Shown one piece after another: positions 58,500 to 64,000 of a stretch of 64,000 nt of DNA. Numbering within the stretch: position 1 is the first letter of the stretch; every line of letters begins with the position of its first letter. The position numbers were made by a program, and so were the translations under genes. The DNA is from the human T2T-CHM13v2.0 reference genome, Homo sapiens, in NCBI RefSeq assembly GCF_009914755.1, contig NC_060938.1, one strand, 5' to 3'. Below the pieces are notes generated by a model that made no database searches, was not told the DNA's origin, and saw nothing but the letters and a program-made list of their open reading frames with translations.

Positions 58500-58882
<383 letters not shown>

Positions 58883-59724
58883 TCAGCATGCTGGGGCTCT
58901 TGATGAGGGCCTTGATGAATTCTCTTCAGACTCAGAGAAACAGGGGCATCCTCAGGTCCCCAACAGAGTCCCCACAGGGACTCAACCCACTCTGATGAAA
59001 GGTGAAGGCCAAAATGAGGCAAAAGTAGAGGAGAGGAGGCAGAAGCCCAAACACAAGCTAAGCCTCCCATCATGCTGTCTCTGAGAAGGCCTCGGCCACG
59101 CCTCACTGAGGACCTTAGCTCAACCTTTCCAGCTAGCAGGGCTCGTGTGTGTGGGCTGCATTCCCCCAGTAGGGCCCCAAATGCCAGGCTCTGTGGAAAG
59201 CAGACCTTGCCTGCTGGGGCTGGGGCTGGGGATGGGGGGACTTCACGCTCAGCCCCCTCCTCCTTCCCCGCCGCCTTGTCAACATCAAAGGCCTTGCTCT
59301 CCACAGGCAGTGCTCACAGCCTCGGAATTCTGCAGCAGCTGCTGAACCCTGCCAGGACTGCGTGCAGCAGGCGTCCCTGGTGTGCCAGGCTGGGATGGGA
59401 ATCACACTCTTGCAGCCTTAATGTGAAGCACGTGTTTTACATGCTTTGCCCATGTAGGCGAGCTGCCCACGCCCCCTCCCTGCCCTAGCTCTGCTGCTGA
59501 CACTTACGGGGGGTCAGTCCCAGCACACAGCCACCCACCTCCACTGGCCACACCAGGGTCACAGGGGGCTCAGGCTGCCCCTGACCCACACTGGCTTCGA
59601 CCAGCAGGGCCTGAAGTTGGCCCTACTCAGTTGAGGTGCAGGGCCTCAAGAAAAGGCCTGCATCCCTGAAACTGGGCTCCAAGGCTGCCTCTGACTAGCC
59701 GCTGCCAGGCTTGGCAGTTGCCTT

Positions 59725-60205
59725 TGTTGGGAAAATCACAGGATGCCCCTGAAGGATGCCCATGTCCCAGCCCTTGGGACCGGTGAATGTGTCACCCTGT
59801 GTGACAGAAGGACTTTACAGATGTGATTCAGGATTTTGAGGTGGGGGATGATCTGGGATGATCCTGGATTATGTAGGTGAGCCCAGTGAGATCGCAGGGT
59901 TCTTATAAGGTAAGAAGGAGGTCAGTGAGTGGGAGGGCTCAGGGTCAGCGAAGGAAATGTGACAATGGACAAGATATTATTAGAATGATGCTGCCATGAG
60001 CCAAGGAATGCAGGCTCCTCTAGCAGCTGGAAAAGCTTCAGGAGGGAATTCTCTCCTAGAGCCTCCAGAGGAACCCAGCTCTGAGCACACCTCAATTTTA
60101 CCCCCGTAAGCTCCATGTCGACTTTCTGATTCCAGAAAAGTTTGCGTTGTTTCAAGCTGCTAAGTCTGTTGTGATTTGTTACAGGAGCGATAGGAAACTC
60201 ATCCA
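59725..60205 (+). mobile_element. MLT1D-like LTR
   Basis: 'ggactttacagatgtgatt', 'ccatgagccaaggaatgcagg', 'ttctctcctagagcctccaga', 'tttgttacaggagcgataggaaactcatcca'. Confidence 0.85.
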
Positions 60206-60586
60206 GCCTCTGGTCACCATCTCCCAGCCACACCCTTCTCTGCACCTCCTCTAGCCCCTGCAGGGCCTGCTCTCCTGCCTGCACCTCCCTTCCCTGCTCC
60301 CTCTGGGTCACCCCCCCCCCCCGGCACTCAAGATCTGTTCCAAGGGCACCCCTCCCAGGAGAGTCCTCGGTAACTTCTTTCTAGACCCATTGGTGAGCTG
60401 AGTGGCTTATGCCCTCCTTTCCTCTCCCGCTATCGCATTCTCAGTCCTGACACACCTCCCATGACAGGGAGCTCATTACCCTTCAAGATATCCCGATTCA
60501 CCTTGTCCTCAAAGGGCTGTGTTGCTGGTTGCCTGCTCAAGGCCCAGGGTATGAAGAGGTGAGGGCTGAAATCCAGCCCAAGATGG

Positions 60587-60720
60587 CAAGGGGTGCTGGT
60601 GTTTAGTTATCACAAGGGGTGCTGGTGTTTAGTTATCAGCAAGGGGTGCTGGTGTTTAGTTATCAGCAAGGGGTGCTGGTGTTTAGTTATCAACAAGAGG
60701 TGCTGGTGTTTAGTTATCAG
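60587..60720. repeat. VNTR, 5 x 27 bp (CAAGGGGTGCTGGTGTTTAGTTATCAG)
   Basis: Copies at 60587 (26 bp), 60613, 60640, 60667 and 60694. Confidence 0.97.
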
Positions 60721-60838
60721 ACTCTTCCCTGCTCTTCCTGCTAAGTCCCTAACTCCCATACCCAATTAAGGAATAGTGTGACATGGCCCAAAGCCAGAGG
60801 CTCACAGTCACCTGTATGGAGCCTGCCTGCCCTTGTCA

Positions 60839-61029
60839 TAGGATTGCCTGATTTTGCAAATGAGAAAAAGGATGCCTTGTGAAGTCGGAATTTCGGATAA
60901 ACAATAGATACTTTTTTAGTATAAGTATATCCCACATATTGCATGAATATCCTTATATCTAAAAATTATTCATTGGTTGTCTGGGATTCCCACTTAATCA
61001 GGCACCCTGTGTCTTATCTGGTGTGCCTA
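60839..61029. mobile_element. MER53 palindromic DNA transposon (MITE)
   Basis: 'gaatttcggataaacaatagatacttttttagtataagtatatcccacatattgcatgaatatccttatatctaaaaattattcattggttgtctg' matches the symmetric MER53 structure. Confidence 0.85.
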
Positions 61030-61881
61030 AATCATCATTTCTGTCGAGTGTGATGCCCAGAGTGCTCACCATGGCTCAGAACTGGGGCCCAAAGAGGATG
61101 TGTGGGGAAGTGGGGAGACCCATCAGCCTCAGACCTGAGGTGCAGATGTGGGCATGTCTGGCTCCCCACTTCCTTCTCCTTCTTGGCCAGCTCTGGTCTC
61201 CAGATGTAGTGAGGGTTTGTGGGGTAAGTGGGGAGCTGTTTCCAGGGCCCATGGATTTGGAGGCTTCAGTGGCCCTGCTCACCACTCTGCAGAGCTTCTG
61301 CTGTGAGCTTGAGCCACTTCCTTCCTTCCTGGGCCCCAGCTCCTCACTTATAGTGGGAGGTGTGGGTGGGGAATTAAGCCTTCTAAGCCACCTGCAGGAC
61401 CACCATTTAGCCAAATCACAGAGACCAGTGCATACCCTTGCCCTGACCCCAGCCCCACTCCCTCCAACCCTACCTTCCCCAAATCACTTCCATTATGAGG
61501 AACGGAGAGTGAGGGGCCAGGGGAGGTCGAAGGATGCTGTCCTCCTGGTCAGCACCTGCCCTGTGCCTGCCCTTGCCAGGGTCCAAGGACCTTCTCTTGT
61601 GACTGCACCAACAGCCTGCAGCATATCTCCCCCAGCAGAGCCCTTGAGGACCTAGTGTCTCTAAGTCCCAAAGTCAGGCCCGCCAAGGAAGGCACTCCAG
61701 CCCCTGACCAAAGCAGGAGAGACCTCAGGCAAATGCCACCCTGTTCCAGGCCTGTTTCCCCATCTGGAACCCCAAGGCTGGAACCAAGAGAGCTCCCAAG
61801 GCCAGAGAGTGTCCAGAGAGTGACCGGCCAGTGCCCACACTCCCTCAGAGGCAGACCCCTTTGTTCTCCCTGGGGGGCTCC

Positions 61882-62400
61882 TGTATTAGCTGTCTGTGGC
61901 TGTGTAACAAATAACCCCAAAATTTAGCAGCTGGGGACCAAAAACATTCATCATCTCACAGGTTCTGAGCATCAGGAATACCTGGATGGCTCAGCTGGGT
62001 GCCTTTGTCCCAGGGTCTGTCACAGGCTGTGATGAGCCTGTTGACTGGGGCTATGGTCTCATCAGAGACTCGACTGGTGTGGGGATGCTCTACTCCCAAG
62101 TCCATACATGTGCTATGGGCAGGCCCTGGTCCCTGGCCACATGGGCTTCCCCACAGGGCAGCCTCAGAGCATGGCAGCTTCCTTCCCCCAGAGTGAGAGA
62201 TCTAATGGAGGGGGGACCCAAAGGCGAAAGCCATGGTGTTTAAAACCTGATCTTAGAAGTGATGTCCCATCATGTCTGCTTATCGTACTCATGAGAGGCC
62301 ATCACTAAGACCAGCTCCCACTGAAGGGGAGGGGATTACTCTGGGTGTGAACACCAGGAGGCCAGAGTCTCCAGAGACCATCGCAGAGGCTGCAACTATG
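61882..62400 (-). mobile_element. MLT1F-like LTR
   Basis: 'tgtattagctgtctgtggctgtgtaacaaataaccccaaaatttagcagct', 'ccacatgggcttccccacagggcagc', 'gggtgtgaacaccaggagg'. Confidence 0.85.
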
Positions 62401-62579
62401 TCTCCTGACAAGTTTAAGGGATTTGCAAGATGCACTGGGGCAGGGAGGGGTCAGGTGTTCAAACCCACTCATAGACAAGAAAACCATTTCCCTGAGAGAG
62501 TGAGGCAGATGTGTGTCCAAATCACTTTCAGGATGAATGGAAGAGTCAGGGGTGGGGAACACCCTTGGCATCTTCTCCA

Positions 62580-62850
62580 GCTCCGTCTCTCCCTGCCCTG
62601 GTTCAGGGCTTTCCTCGCCCCCCTTCCCCTCTTTCCCTCCCTCCCCTTCCCCTCTTTCCCTCCCTGCCTACCCCTGCTCCTTCTTCCCTTCCCCTCTTCC
62701 ACTATCCTCCCCCTTCTCAGTCTCTGAGTCTCTGTCCCTTTCCTTCCCCACTCCCTTTCTTCCTTTTCCTTCCCCCTGGCCCCTCTCCCTCCCTCCTCTG
62801 CATCTCTGGTCCCGGGGTCCTCCTCACTTTCTCATTTCCTTTCATTTCTA
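62580..62850. repeat. Polypyrimidine low-complexity tract
   Basis: C/T-dominated (CCCT/CCTT) sequence. Confidence 0.85.
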
Positions 62851-62958
62851 GGGGCATCTCCCTGTGCAACAGGCCCCAGGCCCAGGCTGCAGGGACAGCA
62901 GAGCCAGGCTGCTCCCACCCACCCCAAAGCCCTGCTCATGCAGCTGCCGCCAGCCCGG

Positions 62959-62977
62959 ATCCCGCTAGGGGGCACCA
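62959..62977 (+). promoter_or_regulatory. Candidate CTCF binding site
   Basis: CCGCTAGGGGGCAC (62962-62975) fits the CTCF core CC(A/G)(C/G)(C/T)AG(A/G)(G/T)GGC(A/G)(C/G) at every position, within a small CpG cluster. Confidence 0.6.
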
Positions 62978-64000
62978 TGAGCTGCGGCTGCGGACGAGGG
63001 GCTGCTTTTCCCCAGGCGCTGTGGGCTTGGAGAGAAACCCTGGGCAGGAAGGGTCCTCTCTTTCCAGTCCTGGAGCCAGGCCACCTGGTGGGCAGTGCAG
63101 CCTTCACACTAGGACCGCGGGGCAGGGATGTCCGGGACCTCCGGCCCAGCCCGCCCAGGCCACACATGTGAGCGTCTAGCACAGCGGCCACCTGCAGGGA
63201 AGGCATAGGTCTCTCCCAGGAGGCTGTCAGCAGCTGGGAGGCCGGCAGCAACCCCACTCCAGGCCTGAAGTATCTGCCACCTTTGGCAGGCTCTGGGCCC
63301 CATGGAAAGGCTGAGGGGCGCTCATCCCGGGTTGCCATCCCCAGAACCGGTGTGACAGGCCCCACAAGCACGCATGTGAGTCAGCTCATGCACAGGAGAG
63401 CCTCATGGAGCCTGCCCGGCCAAGGTCCCCAACCCCAGACCCAGCAGCTGCCACTGCGACCACCCTGAGAGCTGTGACTGCACCCAGGCCTGAACACACA
63501 TGCATGGCCTGAGATCTGGGGGTGTCCTCCAGAATGAGGTGGACCCAGCAGGGGAAAAGGCTTTGCAGGGAGCGGTCACAGCAGGAGTGCCCCACGTGCA
63601 CTGAACCTGCCCTGGGCCCCACCTCTCTTCACATGGGTGATGGGGGGGGTGCCCCAGTTTTATGGGATCTAAGGTGAGAGCATTAAAGACGAACAGGCAT
63701 GCGTGGACAAGATGTGTCCTGCTGAGACCCAGAGAAAGACATTGCAGCAGGTCCTGCCGGATCCCTACAACCCACGGCTGCGTCCGGGGGTTGCTGCATT
63801 TTTCATCGTGGAAGATTCTTCCTAAGCACCCTCCCTAGACAGGCACGCACGCGGCGTGGATGCACAGGCTTGCACCTGCTGCTCACACCCTTGTCAGCCC
63901 TGGCTACTGTCAAACAGGAACTCTTGGGCCGATGTCAGCAGCAAAAGGAACCCCACATCTCATTGTTTCATTTTGTAATGTAAAATTCTCTGGTCAAGAA

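Overview
This is primate (human-like) non-coding genomic DNA. I find no convincing protein-coding gene. The long ORFs in the track are either L1 ORF2 remnants, microsatellite/low-complexity artefacts, or chance ORFs in GC-rich sequence. The layout is: GC-rich, mostly unique flanks (1-16.9 kb and ~49.7-64 kb) carrying ancient MIR/L2/MLT/MER relics; two AT-rich blocks of nested, almost all minus-strand L1 fragments with Alus and LTRs (~17.0-29.4 kb and ~33.0-49.5 kb); and a 3.6-kb GC/CpG-rich island between them. The best-supported specific features are: a full-length U3 snoRNA retropseudogene (24920-25135, minus) with a 13-nt 3' trailer before its poly(A); a 5'-inverted (twin-primed) L1PA with TSDs; a MER48 solo LTR with TSD; a nested two-LTR MLT1A provirus; several VNTRs made of transcription-factor-like motifs; an unexplained ~105-bp diverged local duplication; and a strong CTCF motif. 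I did not find a clearly new biological system. The candidates below are mostly regulatory or evolutionary hypotheses. Repeat family and subfamily names come from remembered consensus sequences and need RepeatMasker/Dfam confirmation. I could not identify the chromosomal locus.
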